From positions 558,001-622,000 of the forward strand of contig CP089280.1 in NCBI GenBank assembly GCA_023920165.1: a stretch of DNA of 64,000 nucleotides, written 5' to 3'. Source of the DNA: Curvularia clavata (taxonomy: Eukaryota). The position numbers and the translations under genes were made by a program. Under the pieces are notes generated by a model. That model saw only the letters and a list, made by a program, of their open reading frames with translations, made no database searches and was not told the origin of the DNA. This document shows positions 51,520-64,000 of the stretch, in pieces. Positions within the stretch are counted from its first letter, which is position 1, and each line of letters opens with the position of its first letter.

Positions 51520-53143
51520 CTACTGTCCGGGCGAGACGAGCTGTCCCTTCTTCGCAGCATCATGTGCCCAGCCTCCAGCCAATGCCTCACCACCGTTCTT
51601 CAGTCCATAGTCCTTTATCCTAGCCTCAAGCTCAGGTCGGAAATGCCTAATGAGACCCTGCAGGGGCCATGCAAACGCCTCACCCAAAGCGCAGATGGTG
51701 TGTCCCTCAACCTGCTTGGTCAACTCCTGCAGCATGTCAATCTCACGCTCACGAGCCTGGCCCTTGGCAAAGCGGTCCATGATCTGGTGCGTCCACTTTG
51801 AGCCCTCTCGGCAAGGTGTGCATTGGCCGCAAGACTCGTGGTGATAGAACTTAGCAAGACGGGTAATGGCACGGACCACGTCGGTCGACTTGTCCATAAC
51901 AATCACTGCAGCAGTACCAAATCCAGATTGAGAGTCCTTGAGGGCATCAAAGTCCATGAGCTGGTCATCGCAGATGTGCTTAGGGAGGATAGGGGTAGAA
52001 GAGCCACCTGGAATGACGGCCTTGAGGTTGTCCCAACCGCCACGAACACCTCCACAGTGCTTCTCAATGAGCTCACGGAGAGGGATAGACATCTCTTCCT
52101 CAACAGTGCAAGGGTGGTTCACGTGACCGGAGATAGCAAAGAGCTTGGTGCCCTGGTTACGTTCACGACCGAAGCCGGCAAACCAGCTGCCTCCTCTTCG
52201 GCAAATGGTGGGTGCAACGGCGACAGTCTCGACGTTGGCAACAGTGGATGGGCATCCGAAGAGACCGACGGCAGCGGGGAACGGGGGCTTAAGACGAGGC
52301 TTTCCGGGCTTGCCCTCTAGCGACTCGATGAGAGAGGTCTCCTCACCGCACACGTAGGCGCCCATTCCTCGGTGGATGTAGACGTCAAAGTCATAACCGG
52401 AGCCACAAGCGTTCTTGCCAATGAGGCCGGCTTGGTATGCTTCCTGAATAGCGCGCTGAAGCACAGTGGCCTCGTGATAGAATTCACCACGAATGTAGAT
52501 GTATGCGGCGGTAGCATTCATGGCACGGCCGGCGACGAGACAACCTTCGATAAGCTTGTGGGGATCTTTGCGCATGATTTCGCGGTCCTTGCAGGTTCCG
52601 GGTTCACCCTCGTCGGCGTTGACGACCAAGTAGCGAGGCTTGTCATCCTTGTCCCAATCCTTGAAGTTCATGAAAGACTACACACGTCAGTGATGCCCTA
52701 TGTGCATGTGTTTATAGAGCTGCATACCCATTTCAGACCAGATGGGAAGCCAGCACCGCCTCGGCCTCGCAGACCGGATGCCTTGATCTCAGAGATGATC
52801 TATATCCGTCAGCCCATGTTGTGTGATTCCAATGCATCCGTGTCCGTACCCATTCGTGGCCCTTGAGAAGGATCTCCTTGGTCTTGTACCAATCACCGTA
52901 CTTCATAGCGCTCTTCAAATCGGCGCCATGGTGTCCATACAAGTTCTGGAAGATCCTGTCTTGGTCCTTCAAGCCACCGTATGTCCTCTTAGGTGGCGCG
53001 TCCTGGACAGTTGCGAGTGTCCTCTTCTGAGTGCGGTTGGCCGGGGCCGCGGTCGAAAGTCGAGTCGCTGCCGAAGCCGCGGGCAGAGCTCGATGGGCGG
53101 CCGCAGTGAGCGCCTTCGGGGCGGGTGCGTGTCTTGCGAGCAT
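51520..53143 (-). CDS. NUO51: NADH:ubiquinone oxidoreductase 51 kDa flavoprotein subunit, two introns
   Basis: [72 protein letters not shown]. Confidence 0.97.
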
Positions 53144-53699
53144 CTTGGGTGCGAATAATGTGTTGTCTCGCGCAATTGATGCTCGGGGGGCCGGCGAGCG
53201 GTCGTTGTCGATGCAGGTGGTGGCGGTCGTGAAGTTCCATCTGGATGACCTACCTTTTTCTTGGCATCTCTGATTGGTCCGCGCCACACATCGTTGACAT
53301 CAATCCACCAGCCGGTCCGATTTCACGACACCAATAGCCGGACCATCATCTGCGCTATCTACAGATTACCTATACCAGCTTGGCAGGTCTTGACTAACCT
53401 ATGAGCCCAGAACAGTAAAGTCATCGCTCACAGCCCGGTTTAAGTGCGCTTCAATGCGCTCAACAGCAGCGCTGTTTAAGCTTGGGCTGTTGAAGTTCAT
53501 CATCTACGTCTTGCTAAATACACGGGTGCCCCAAGAACAGTAGTGTTCGGATTAGGAACAACACACCAGATGTGAATTACACATTTTATCCATATCTTTT
53601 CTGGTATTGAGCAGCCTCTTCCAACACTCTGTCAACAAGCTGCTTCTCTCATGCAATCTACCAACTGTGCAACACAACTAGCCCGCGCATCAATCATCA

Positions 53700-54300
53700 G
53701 TAGCTTAATTGCTTACGTGACTACCTGTACTAATATCCTAAGACTAGGCCCTGTGTGGTACGCCGGCTCTGCCAATACTTCTTCAGTAGGAAATTCCAAG
53801 TCTAAGTTCAGATAGTTTAGTTTTAGGTCTGATTGATAATTGTCTTGTAGTAACCTGCTACTCCATATAAGAGGTTTAGTGGTCATAAATAGAGTTAGAG
53901 TAACGTGGCGAGATACATGCATCTGCAGTCGGTATTGCAATATTCAAATGTGTGTTAACTAGTTAATATAGTTATGCGACACGAAGAGCGGTTACCTAAG
54001 GCATTGCGCTAAAACACCTACTCCTATAAAGACCTATTTCTTAGTGTGACTAATTTATTTCGCTAATGCGTTGAAAAATAAAGAAGAAAACATTATCTAC
54101 GTACATAACTATACGCTTATAGTTATTGACTCTTGTTCTCAATATTATAGCTGTTAATTGTAATAGAGCATTAGGTAACTAAGATTTCGCTATATAGCTG
54201 TCTTATGCATAGATCAAACATGACAAGCATAAGCCGAAGTTACATTAGCTCAACACCAGGCAGAATAGAGGCGATAATTTAGGTACCAAATCGTTTTTCG
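53700..54300. other. AT/TpA-rich RIP-like degenerate DNA at the end of the conserved core block
   Basis: Drop in GC, many TA/TAG/TAA, no credible ORF. Confidence 0.5.
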
Positions 54301-55621
54301 CAGCTAAAGCGCTGTTGATGGAGTATACCGTCGATAGACCACAGTAGCAGCACGGAATACGATATGGTGCCTGGAATAGCATTCAATTTTCTAGGAAGAG
54401 CCCTCTCCTTCTGAAGATATATCGAAGAGCTGCAACTCCCAGGCCTGCTTATGAAACGTATTCTCTTCAATGTCTCAGCATAGGCGGCAACATAGCTAAA
54501 AAAAACAGACGTTGATGAACAAACTGTTGAGAGTCTTCATTCGCAGTCCACGAGATCTATCGAATGGAGAAACATCTTTGGCAGCTCGAAGGTCCATGAG
54601 GACAAAGAGCTTTGCGAGATGCATTGAAAAGCAGTAATGGTGAGGAGGGTAAAAGGGGTGGTTTTGTCACGCTGTGCTGTGCCACACCCCTGCATACAAG
54701 AAATTACATAGGACTTGTCACACCGATGAACCTGTAGATCATAAATCCACTAGCGCTTCTGAGACAGTTGCCTGAAGGATCGGACCCCAGTTACTGTTGC
54801 CTTTTTGCCTACAAGAATAGTGCAGTAGCGTTAGCGACGATTGATCGCTCCACGCCTATCAATCTCCATATCACCACTAATTCTCATTCATACTGGGCCT
54901 TAGGTCTGTATAAAGGATTCACATACACTAGTATTAATGCCGAATGATTTTGCACGCTTAGCATTGGCCTACCGTGTTGCTGTACATGTTCATTCTTGTG
55001 GGCGCGCATAGACGCAGGGGACTCGGGCAGTGGCACACTTGTATTGATTCACACTTGAGTCATACACCTTGGCAGATTTCCTGAATCTCTATGTCAAAAC
55101 GCATGGCGCTGACCACTTGTGGCGCTCAACAATAATGTGCTCTCACCATGTGTCCGTGAACCACGTCCTCCAACTGTCAGTGCTCACTTGGCAGGACTAA
55201 GGTGATATGACAGCTGCGGTTTACTGGAAGATAGAGCGGCTAAGAGGCAAGCTTCCTGTCTATCATCTAATCTTGCTATGTTCGCTTGATGGAATGAGCA
55301 TCCTCAAAGCAAGGATAGGTCGTTTCAAGCACACTTCGCTTTTTCTTCTTATAGGCTGATTGCAATCGGGATGGCATGGAATGCGCAGTCCTTCAGGCAC
55401 CCCGGTTCAGGACCGGTGAGGCTTCCATGGTGACTTGCCATGGCTTCTGTCAGGTTGTTTCGCGTACGTGATTTCATTCTGTTTGCTTTCAGCAACTTTC
55501 TTTCCATCATACCTCCTCCTGAAGTCCTACAAGCTCACACCTCAGCTTTACTCGCCAAACATCCTCTTTTAACTTGACTTTTGTTATTTGACAGGGTATC
55601 ACCCTACTTTCATAAGCCATC

Positions 55622-57573
55622 ATGTCTCAACTTACCCAAGCTAAGATAAAAAGTCATCTACAAGATGCAGCGTCAAGCAAATTTTCGAAGGACAAATATG
55701 GCAACCTTCTTGGCTTTTATTCGACATCCAAATCAAAACAGGGTCGCCCAACTTATCAAGGTAAAGTCAGGGAGTTCAATGACGCGGCCAGCAACATAGC
55801 TCATGAGCTTTTGAGGAAGTATGGCTCGTTGAATGAACTTCAAAATGAGATCAAAACGCAGGAGAGATTCACAGAAAGCCTCATCGAGGATATGATTAAG
55901 CAATACGGTCCAGCCATCTGGAACGACAACGAATCTCAGTTTGTGACCGCCACAGTGAACAAAGGCGATGGTGAATCCGACTACCCGCGACACCTTATCT
56001 ACAGCAATGAATCCGATCGCATATGGTTAGTAGAAGGAGTTTTCTCAACGTCGGCATATCAAACCAAGCTAATGATTCTTGCAGGATACGAACTTTCGCC
56101 TACTGCTTTACACTGAAGAGTGCATGGCACAAGATGAGGAGCACAGGCTTTCAGCCTCGTGATGATACCACGATACCATCGGAGTTTTCGCATACTGCTC
56201 CTCGCGGCTCCAGAGTCAGGGGATCAACTATAAACGTACGAAACCCAGACGCGGCACCCGTTGAGCCGACAAGAACCTTACCAACAACTCCAACGTCATC
56301 AAATACGAGCGAAAACGGATACTTACAGGAGTACCAAGTCCCTGTAGCTCAGATGCTTCCCACGGAAAACGTTGAAGGTATCTCTTTATCCTCAACTATG
56401 CCACCATCAAACACTGCTGGACCCTCCGTAGCGGCGAGCAATGATTTCAACGCAACGGAAGATCACTGCCGGCCGATTGAGATGTCACATTCACGAAGCC
56501 TACGAAAAGCAGTGTCATCCGTACATCAATCCTCAAATTAACCCTCTGGACAGAGGGAAGAGATGGATGAATGCCTCCCTCTCAGGAAACGCAAAAGGAG
56601 TCTATATGGAGGGGCAGCAGATGCAAGTTTCCAGTCACTGCAGTTGTCAGAGTTTACCGGTCGCAGTGTACGCCCAAGGAAAGGCCTTACATATAACATC
56701 TCTCGTTCAACCTCACCAGATGTAACCCTTGAAGACCCCGATAACTCTGCAGATCAAAGGCCGAGGAGTATATTTCGCAATCGAACTACAGTACACGATG
56801 CGATCGAAACAGCCTCTGTGAGATATCAATCTCGTTGTGACACCGATGCGAACGATGATTCAGACAACGATGCTGTCGTTGCAACGAGTGTTACGATTTC
56901 ACACATTCACACGACAAATGCAAATATGCACATTCCAGGCGGAGGTATAGGCGAATTTGACTCGGTCATGGGCTCACCTCAGCCTTCGCCAACAATAGAA
57001 GAGCAAGATTCAGATGACGAGCCTACCTTGATCGTCAAGCTGAAGGTCAAGAGTCAAAAAGAAATCCGCCAGCGAAAGTTGTATCGGAAATACTTGGCCT
57101 CCAAGTTACTGAGCGCATTTGAGATGTCGAGTGAGCAACTGAAAGTGCTTGAAGATGTGGTCAAATTGATCAAAGGCATAAGAGACCTAGATGCCCCTTT
57201 ATTACAGAGCGGCCGTGGTGGTAGAAATGTACCGTATCAATTGGTACTCGACCAATGGTTGCGCCTTGTCAACATCTACTTGCGCTTCCGTAACAATCCC
57301 AACTTCAACTATGACCCAAGCACATGGGCCGTGCATCGTCGTTCTCTCGAATCGGCTGAACGTATTCGAAAAGATCAAATCATCAATACGGCTCGTGCGG
57401 AGATGATGGAGTGGAGTTTTGAGCATGACAAGTATGATACGAATGAATGGTCGAGATGCGCAACAGCTATTTTACTGGAGATGGCGGACTGGGGGTTCGA
57501 GTTGAACGCAGAGGATGTGGAGGAGATTAGAGGAAGGTTTGTGAAGTTCAACAAAAGCCTTCTAGAAGGTTAG
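55622..57573 (+). pseudogene. Orphan protein gene (one intron) interrupted by an in-frame TAA
   Basis: ATG 55622 and intron 56026-56084 (GTTAGT..GCTAAT..GCAG) join the first two ORFs. TAA at 56539-56541 is followed by the same open frame to TAG at 57573. Confidence 0.55.
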
Positions 57574-58872
57574 CTTGCATTGTCACTTTTGTGGTCTTTC
57601 AGATTGTTTTTCCTATAAGTTATAGTTCTTATAGATAGCTGATCCTATAGATGGTTGCTTTTATAGATTTTTATTATTGTAGGGTCATAGATAGAAGGAA
57701 GGGAGACAGATCTGCCAAATAGCTTGATGCATCTAAGTCTATGGAATTTTAGGTGGTGAAATCCTATCCAATGGCCAAGACGGCAGGTAGGCGCTAGGTG
57801 GTGACATGAAACGCGTCTCATTACTGCTTACGCAAACCGAACGATTGGTTAGAGTTGTCTCACTCTTATACATACTCTCTCTTATCCCGCGGCTTGATAG
57901 CAATCCTTCATCTTACATAGCACAAGGGACGCCTGCTCGGCTGTCAGATTTAGCAGCCTAGCGCAACCTCTCTGCAACGTCAGACTAACTTTACCACGCT
58001 GACCTAGAGTCACGCCTATTAATTGGTTTTGTTCAGCCTCAGGGCGACCATCTCGGCTTAGCGAGAAAGCAAGCGAGATTGCTGACTGCACCTATAACGC
58101 AGCATGTATTGAATTAGCAAGCCAAGAGACCCTTAGAGTAGTTAATAGATATCAGTGAATCCCTATAAAGACACAATGCTTGCGCGCACGCTAAAAATAT
58201 GATTTAAATGATGGGTTGTGGTGTCAGTATAGGGACTAGACGTATCGTCAGACTTCCAAAATGCTATCGTCTCAATGTCCATGAATCTTAGTTTTATATA
58301 TAAAGATGCGATTTTGATCTTTCTTTGTTTCTCATCCGAATACGAAATACATTTGTTTCGACACTGGGAGCCATGTATGCGATTCAAAGGGCGATTGCCA
58401 GTGCAGATTTTAAATTGAAACGCAAGTCAATATGTCCGGTACTAGAATACGAATTGCGTCTAAATCGCATACGACTGGATAGTCGAATGACACTCACGCA
58501 AGTACTTGGGAGACAGGGAAACAATGCTACCGCTCTTGTGGGCTCTGGTGATTGCGCAGCGTATGGTGCGTTGATGAAGGAGTCAAACACAATGTCAAAC
58601 CCCTCGTTTGCATGATTATGGTTCAATTTGATCGTGTGATGAGTTTTTCTACTTAGGCCGCGAGGCACTTGGAAATAGCGGCCACATGATTCAAGGCGCG
58701 GTCATGTGCCTGTCAAAGTACATAAATGCTAGAAGGCGATACAGTGTTCAGGCAGGGCACATTCGTATCCGACCGCATTTGGGAAAAGGCAGATAGATTC
58801 GAGAGGCGATGGTAAGCTGCCTCTCGGAACGTTTTGCAGGCTTTTCGCCGAAGACAGTAACTAACTGTGGCT

Positions 58873-59940
58873 TCAGACAAATGTCGCCGGGTCTTTTCTG
58901 GAGCGGTCAACCTTGAGGTCGAAAACGTCGAGTCGTTGGTAGCCTCCCACGACATCGTGGTATTGTTTTCCTTCAATGCAGTCGTCCAGGTTCATGTCCG
59001 CATACAATATGCCTTCCTGCGATTGGAGTGAATCTGTGTACAGCTGTTCCGAGCCATCATAAGTGAAACTCTGGAGTGGCGCGCCAGTAGGATCCAGGAA
59101 GAAAGTCGCAGCCCGCGGCATGCTACGCAGCGTGTCGGCGATAACATCAGGCTGACTCGCACCGTCGATAATTGTCTCAATGGCGTCTTCTCCCAGTTGA
59201 CCGGAACATGCGATACCGAAGCACTTCGCCTCGAAGCAATGCGCCGCTGCGCGTGTCTTGTTAGCTGCAAGATTATCGTAGTTAGCGCCTTGTGGGATGT
59301 TTGGACTGGTCTGGTGGTCGCCGGTCTCGGCGCTTGTTGTGATCTTTCGCGATGTTCTGGTCGGCCAAATTGCGGGCCAAGTAGAAATGTGAACCTGTTC
59401 AGCTTGTGCAATCAAAGAATATCTTGCAAGTGCGTTGGTATTTTCACCGCATATGAGCGTGCCGATGCGTCCAAATTGTGAATGAGCAACGCGTAGCCCA
59501 TAGCCATCGCCCGGACTCCAGGTCAATTTCTCAAAGAAAGTCGGAACAAGCTTTCTGTGGTGCACTAGCACCTGGCCTTCGGTACCAATTGTCAGGTTTG
59601 AGTTGTAGAGGCAGCCGTTGCTATGACGGGACTTTTCGCTGAATCCGATACTGACCAACACACCGCTTGATCGTGCTGCCTCGCGAACAGCCTCCATCTC
59701 TTCGCCATCTGCATAGACTGACTCTTGCACCATCCGCTGAAATAGCCAGTGATTATCCGTTGGCGGCCTTAGCGAGCTCCAAATGGGGAACGCAGAGATG
59801 AAGGTTTCGGGAAAGACGACCAAGTTGGCCCCATGCGAGGCTGCTTGCTTGACGAGGGATATCGCCTTGTCCGTTGTCCGTCGCGCATTAAGAAATACTG
59901 GCGAAGCGTGGCATGCTGCGGCGCGGAGGATGCTTGCCAT
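58873..59940 (-). CDS. Nitrilase (carbon-nitrogen hydrolase), intronless
   Basis: Catalytic triad contexts VFPE, HHRKLVPTFFEK and LICGEN; also WSPGDG and HDVVGGYQRLDVF. Confidence 0.92.
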   Translation of the reverse strand: MASILRAAACHASPVFLNARRTTDKAISLVKQAASHGANLVVFPETFISAFPIWSSLRPPTDNHWLFQRMVQESVYADGEEMEAVREAARSSGVLVSIGFSEKSRHSNGCLYNSNLTIGTEGQVLVHHRKLVPTFFEKLTWSPGDGYGLRVAHSQFGRIGTLICGENTNALARYSLIAQAEQVHISTWPAIWPTRTSRKITTSAETGDHQTSPNIPQGANYDNLAANKTRAAAHCFEAKCFGIACSGQLGEDAIETIIDGASQPDVIADTLRSMPRAATFFLDPTGAPLQSFTYDGSEQLYTDSLQSQEGILYADMNLDDCIEGKQYHDVVGGYQRLDVFDLKVDRSRKDPATFV

Positions 59941-61677
59941 AGCGAGTTCAGTTATGGTACAGGAAGCACGGCGTTGTGAACTACTAGTCATCTGCTAAGT
60001 GCCCCCCGCGTCTTATTAGGCGTGCCTTCCCCGCATTGTGCAATCCGTCTCTATTGACTTTCATCCTTTCGAAAAGCTTTGTTCAGTCCTCTCAACGCGT
60101 CCTGTATTATATGTATCGGTCCCAAGAGAACATGCGACGGATAGTTCGACACGTTCGTCGGACAAATTGGGTCCGGTTTGTATCAAGATCCATGGCTCGG
60201 CCAATTGTGCTGGAATTAGAACCGTAACTCGCCCGTACCTTGGATATTAACAACATATGGCTGCCAGATACCCCACCGTCTGTCCAGACACGTCATGTAA
60301 ATGCGAATCTAATCGTGAGAATTTTGCCACGCGGCGACGGCCGTTCTCGAGAGGATACAAAAACAAGAGACCAGTACCTAGGGCATACTTCGGCGCACCA
60401 AGCGGAGACGCCGAAGACAGCTTCCGACGTTTCCAGGTTGCTTTTCTGTCTTCTCCGGAACCTGCTTGTACCCTGCGCGTCGCATTGAGCCGAAGGCGAT
60501 GGGGGGTGTTTTTTTTCTGCAGCCTACTCGCGCACGATGCTACTCCGTAAGAGGTGTATGTTTAGTGAGTGAGAAGAGAGTGCTGATATGTGCGGGGTGC
60601 CAAGCACTATCTAGCATGTCCAGCCCGCTTCATATCATTCCCTACAGGGCTGTCATTAACATGATGCCGTCCAAACGCTCGGCCTGCTCCACCGGGAATC
60701 CTGGTACCGACATGATAGCCAGCCGCCGTATCGGTGCTGGTACCCCTATGCATTGGGATTGCAAAAAGCCTCTAGGCTTTATTTCGGAGCTATCAGCTGT
60801 TTGTAGTGAAGGATTATCTGATCCATCACCCAAGCATCTCATCTCCTGAAACAGCAGATACCGTCCCCATGGCCATAGAGCTTTCGCGGTTCTAAGAACC
60901 AGTCATCTGGATGAAACAAATGACTTGCAGCGACGAATGCATACCAGGACTGTGCGCCGCGTACGAGTCGAGCTCTGGGTGTTCTGGCTACATACTTTTG
61001 ATGGCGGTCATAGCTTCCAACTCCACGTCAATGACTTCATCCACGCGATTTTCCCCTGCGCGCAACGCATAGCGCTTGCCTATCGCTTAGTCGTCAAGTC
61101 AAATAGGAAGGAAGGTTACATGATATTGACCCCGGAGCAGGTGACGTTTCGGTCAAGTTCCGCGAACCTTGGCACACCAATTTCAACTTCTTTCCAATCT
61201 TTTCACCCAAAATGACCAATCATGGTTCTAAGATGGCGGGACCGTTCCGTTGGTGACAAACTCTTCTAGTGGATCTCCCGTTTGCTTGAAGTGACAAACC
61301 TGTCATAAGTCCGCTCGGACCGATACTGTTGCAGCATCCGGGGCGGCTAATTCATGCCAAACGTGAATGTGGATGTAGCCGCCTCTGGAACATCTTGGCA
61401 GCACCCATGGGAGATAACCCGGTCCACCTCCGAATTTTGGTAAGGATTTTTAATATACACAAAAAATGTTGACGGCCCTTTTGGGATGACGCACATTGGT
61501 TTCAAAACGCCTCCTTGGCAGACTATACCACTTGCACCAATCTACAGTACACATGATGTTGAGGCAGGGATCGGAGAAAGGTATGGAATGAAGGCCGTTG
61601 TCCGGTAATGGCGACCTAGTTACGACTTTTTCGCGCCCCTGCAATAATCCTATGAACGTGTGCCCAGAGTAACAAGA

Positions 61678-61684
61678 TATAAAA
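61678..61684 (+). promoter_or_regulatory. TATA box of the alpha-hydroxy-acid oxidase gene
   Basis: TATAAAA about 85-90 bp upstream of ATG 61768, followed by a CT-rich leader. Confidence 0.55.
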
Positions 61685-61767
61685 GTCTTAAGCCTGCTGC
61701 CTCTTCCGAATTTGTTCGTTACAGCTGGACTCTAACTCTTCCACACTCTTTGTCTCAATCAAACAAG

Positions 61768-62937
61768 ATGCGTCTTTCACTCCTTGCCCTCGCTACCAGC
61801 GCTCTCGCTGCAAGCCCTTTCCTGGAAGAGCCAGACACCGGCATTGACCAGCAGCTTGCCGCATTTGTTTCCAACAACACACTGCCTCCACTGAAGTCTT
61901 TGGTTGGTCTTCCTGACTTCCAATGGGTCGGTCGTAATTTCATGAACACCTCTGCCTACACCTACTACCGCAATGGCGCAGCTGGCGAGTGGTCATACCG
62001 GAACAACCTGGAAATCTTCTCCCGTTACCGACTTCGCCCACGCGTCCTTCGTGACATTACCAACGTCGGAGCGTCCCTGCCAACAACCATCCTTGGCCAC
62101 AACTTCTCGGCTCCTTTCTTTATCTCACCATGTGCTCGTGGTGGATATGCAAACCCAGAAGGCGAGCTGGGCCTGGTCAAGGGCGCTGCTGACGCCAACA
62201 TCCTATACATGGCGTCGCTCTTCTCATCCAAGAGCATCGACGACATCTACGCCGCCCGCGGTAACGGCTCACAGCAGGTCCTCTTCCAGCAGGTTTACCT
62301 GACTAGTGACATGGACGCGACTCAGAAGCTCTTCCGCAAGATTGAGCAGCTGGGCTCCAAGGCCATTGTTCTGACTGTTGACTCTCCTGGCGATGGTGTC
62401 AGGCACCGTGCTGCACGCTACGGTGTCGGATCTGCAGATCCTGAGCTCAGTCTTCTGACCTGGGATCTCTACCACAAGCTCTCCAATATGACCTCACTTC
62501 CTATTATTCCTAAGGGTATCCAAACCGTTGAGGACGCCCGCGAGGCCGTCAAGCAGGGTGTCAAGGCCATTTTCCTCTCCAACCACGGCGGTCGTCAGTC
62601 CGATACTTCGCCCTCTGCCCTCCAGGTCGCGCTCGAGATTCACCAAGAGGACCCCGAAATCTTCAAGCAAATCGAGGTTTACGCCGACGGTGGTGTACGC
62701 TACGGCACTGATATCCTGAAGCTCCTTGCTCTTGGCGTCAGGGCCGTTGGTGTCGGCCGGCCCTTCATGTTTGCCAACATCTACGGCGCCGAGGGTGTCT
62801 CAAGGGCCGCTGAGCTGCTCAAGTACGAGCTTCTGAACGATGCAGCCAACGTCGGTATCCCTGACCTCAAGAAGATTGGTCCCGAGTACGTCAGCTGGAA
62901 GTCCGCCAACCCCTGGGTTGGTAACAGCGAGCTTTAG
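61768..62937 (+). CDS. FMN-dependent alpha-hydroxy-acid oxidase/dehydrogenase with N-terminal signal peptide and no cytochrome b5 domain
   Basis: MRLSLLALATSALAA signal-like N-terminus; LRPRVLRD, LTVD, PKGIQTVEDA, LSNHGGRQ, YADGGVRYGTDILKLLALG, GRPF. Confidence 0.92.
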   Translation: MRLSLLALATSALAASPFLEEPDTGIDQQLAAFVSNNTLPPLKSLVGLPDFQWVGRNFMNTSAYTYYRNGAAGEWSYRNNLEIFSRYRLRPRVLRDITNVGASLPTTILGHNFSAPFFISPCARGGYANPEGELGLVKGAADANILYMASLFSSKSIDDIYAARGNGSQQVLFQQVYLTSDMDATQKLFRKIEQLGSKAIVLTVDSPGDGVRHRAARYGVGSADPELSLLTWDLYHKLSNMTSLPIIPKGIQTVEDAREAVKQGVKAIFLSNHGGRQSDTSPSALQVALEIHQEDPEIFKQIEVYADGGVRYGTDILKLLALGVRAVGVGRPFMFANIYGAEGVSRAAELLKYELLNDAANVGIPDLKKIGPEYVSWKSANPWVGNSEL

Positions 62938-64000
62938 ATGAGGCGCATTGTCCCGTTCTTTGAGAGCAAAATACCCCTTTATTTCTTTACTGTATATACT
63001 TCCCTGTTCTTTGTATAGATAGTTTCCATCTAGATGTATAAACAATCTTTCTGCCATTTCGAATGTCCTGTAAATTTTGTTCTAACGGTGATCATGTCAT
63101 CTCATTTCACGGGAAGGATCCGTGCTGAGTATCACACAAATTGTAGTGAACGCGCTAAAGATTGGCATGGGCGCTCTCCAGTGACGCAATGTTGTACAAA
63201 AATTACGTGCATGTTCCAGGGGTACCTGGATATCTCTTAGAAGGCTCGCTCTAACTACAAAAGTTCGCGCTAAGACTTTGTGGGGCATGATTATGCAACA
63301 ATGGGATTGTACCAACTCGGAAGGTCATGGCTGTCTCTTTCTTGATATGGACTACTACTGTGGATTCATGATCCGCGTTATCTGGTCACGAAGCACTTGT
63401 TGTTAGCTATCCGCAATAATCAGGATTCTGGGTCACACAAACGACCGAGCATGCCCACGAAGGTGACTCTTCGCTCAGCTCGTCAGTACAACCGTCGCAT
63501 AGTCGAAAATGACACCCAAAAATCGTTCAAAATAGAAATCTGGATACTGAATCACTAGTAGAAATCAGGAAACCACTACCTGTAATAATGAAATCAAGAA
63601 AGTGGATAGAGAAGGCAGGCAATTTGAGTCTCGAGTGCTTGTAACAACGTGATATATAGGGTTATTACAAGGTTGACTACAGAGAACAAGTCAATGTCTT
63701 CGAGCCTAATTGTTGGTCACGAGTACAACTATGATATGTCTCAAAATGGAGAAACTTGAGTATGAGGTGACTTTCCTTCCCCTGAACTCATTCCAACAAT
63801 AGGCACTGCACGACCTGTCACGCGGACCATATCCCCTGATCTAAGAACTGGTGGTTGTGAAAGATGTGATAACTCAGAACACAGTTCATAGCGTCTGTGT
63901 CTTTAGGGCATATGCACCCAACGTGAGCTGCTGGCATCCCCGGTAAGATGTAAAGTTCCGTCCGATGGTGGCGTGCAGCATTCACTACTTCGAACTGCAT

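Noticed and set aside
63300..64000. Possible gene relic at the window end
   Set aside because: Stops in all frames and no identifiable motif; cannot be supported.

Overview
Fungal genomic DNA: a filamentous ascomycete, probably Dothideomycete/Pleosporales-like, judged from short GT-AG introns with CTRAC branch sites and TpA-rich RIP-like tracts. A core of housekeeping genes spans about 24-53 kb (RAD4, BCKDH E1-alpha, COQ5, ATG13, an ankyrin-RCC1-BTB protein, NUP98-96, centrin CDC31, complex I 51 kDa subunit). The left accessory flank holds RIP-like AT-rich DNA, a DUF6536-like membrane-protein pseudogene and a Na+/H+ antiporter. It also holds a four-gene cluster (MFS transporter, tartrate dehydrogenase, and an apparently split Zn2Cys6 regulator whose zinc cluster and regulatory domain are separate tandem genes) and a P1B-ATPase whose catalytic Asp is replaced by His. 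The right flank holds relic DNA, an orphan gene with an in-frame stop, and a divergent pair of a nitrilase and a signal-peptide-bearing FMN alpha-hydroxy-acid oxidase. No tRNA, rRNA, CRISPR array or intact transposon was recognised. All family assignments come from motif recognition by eye, not from database searches.
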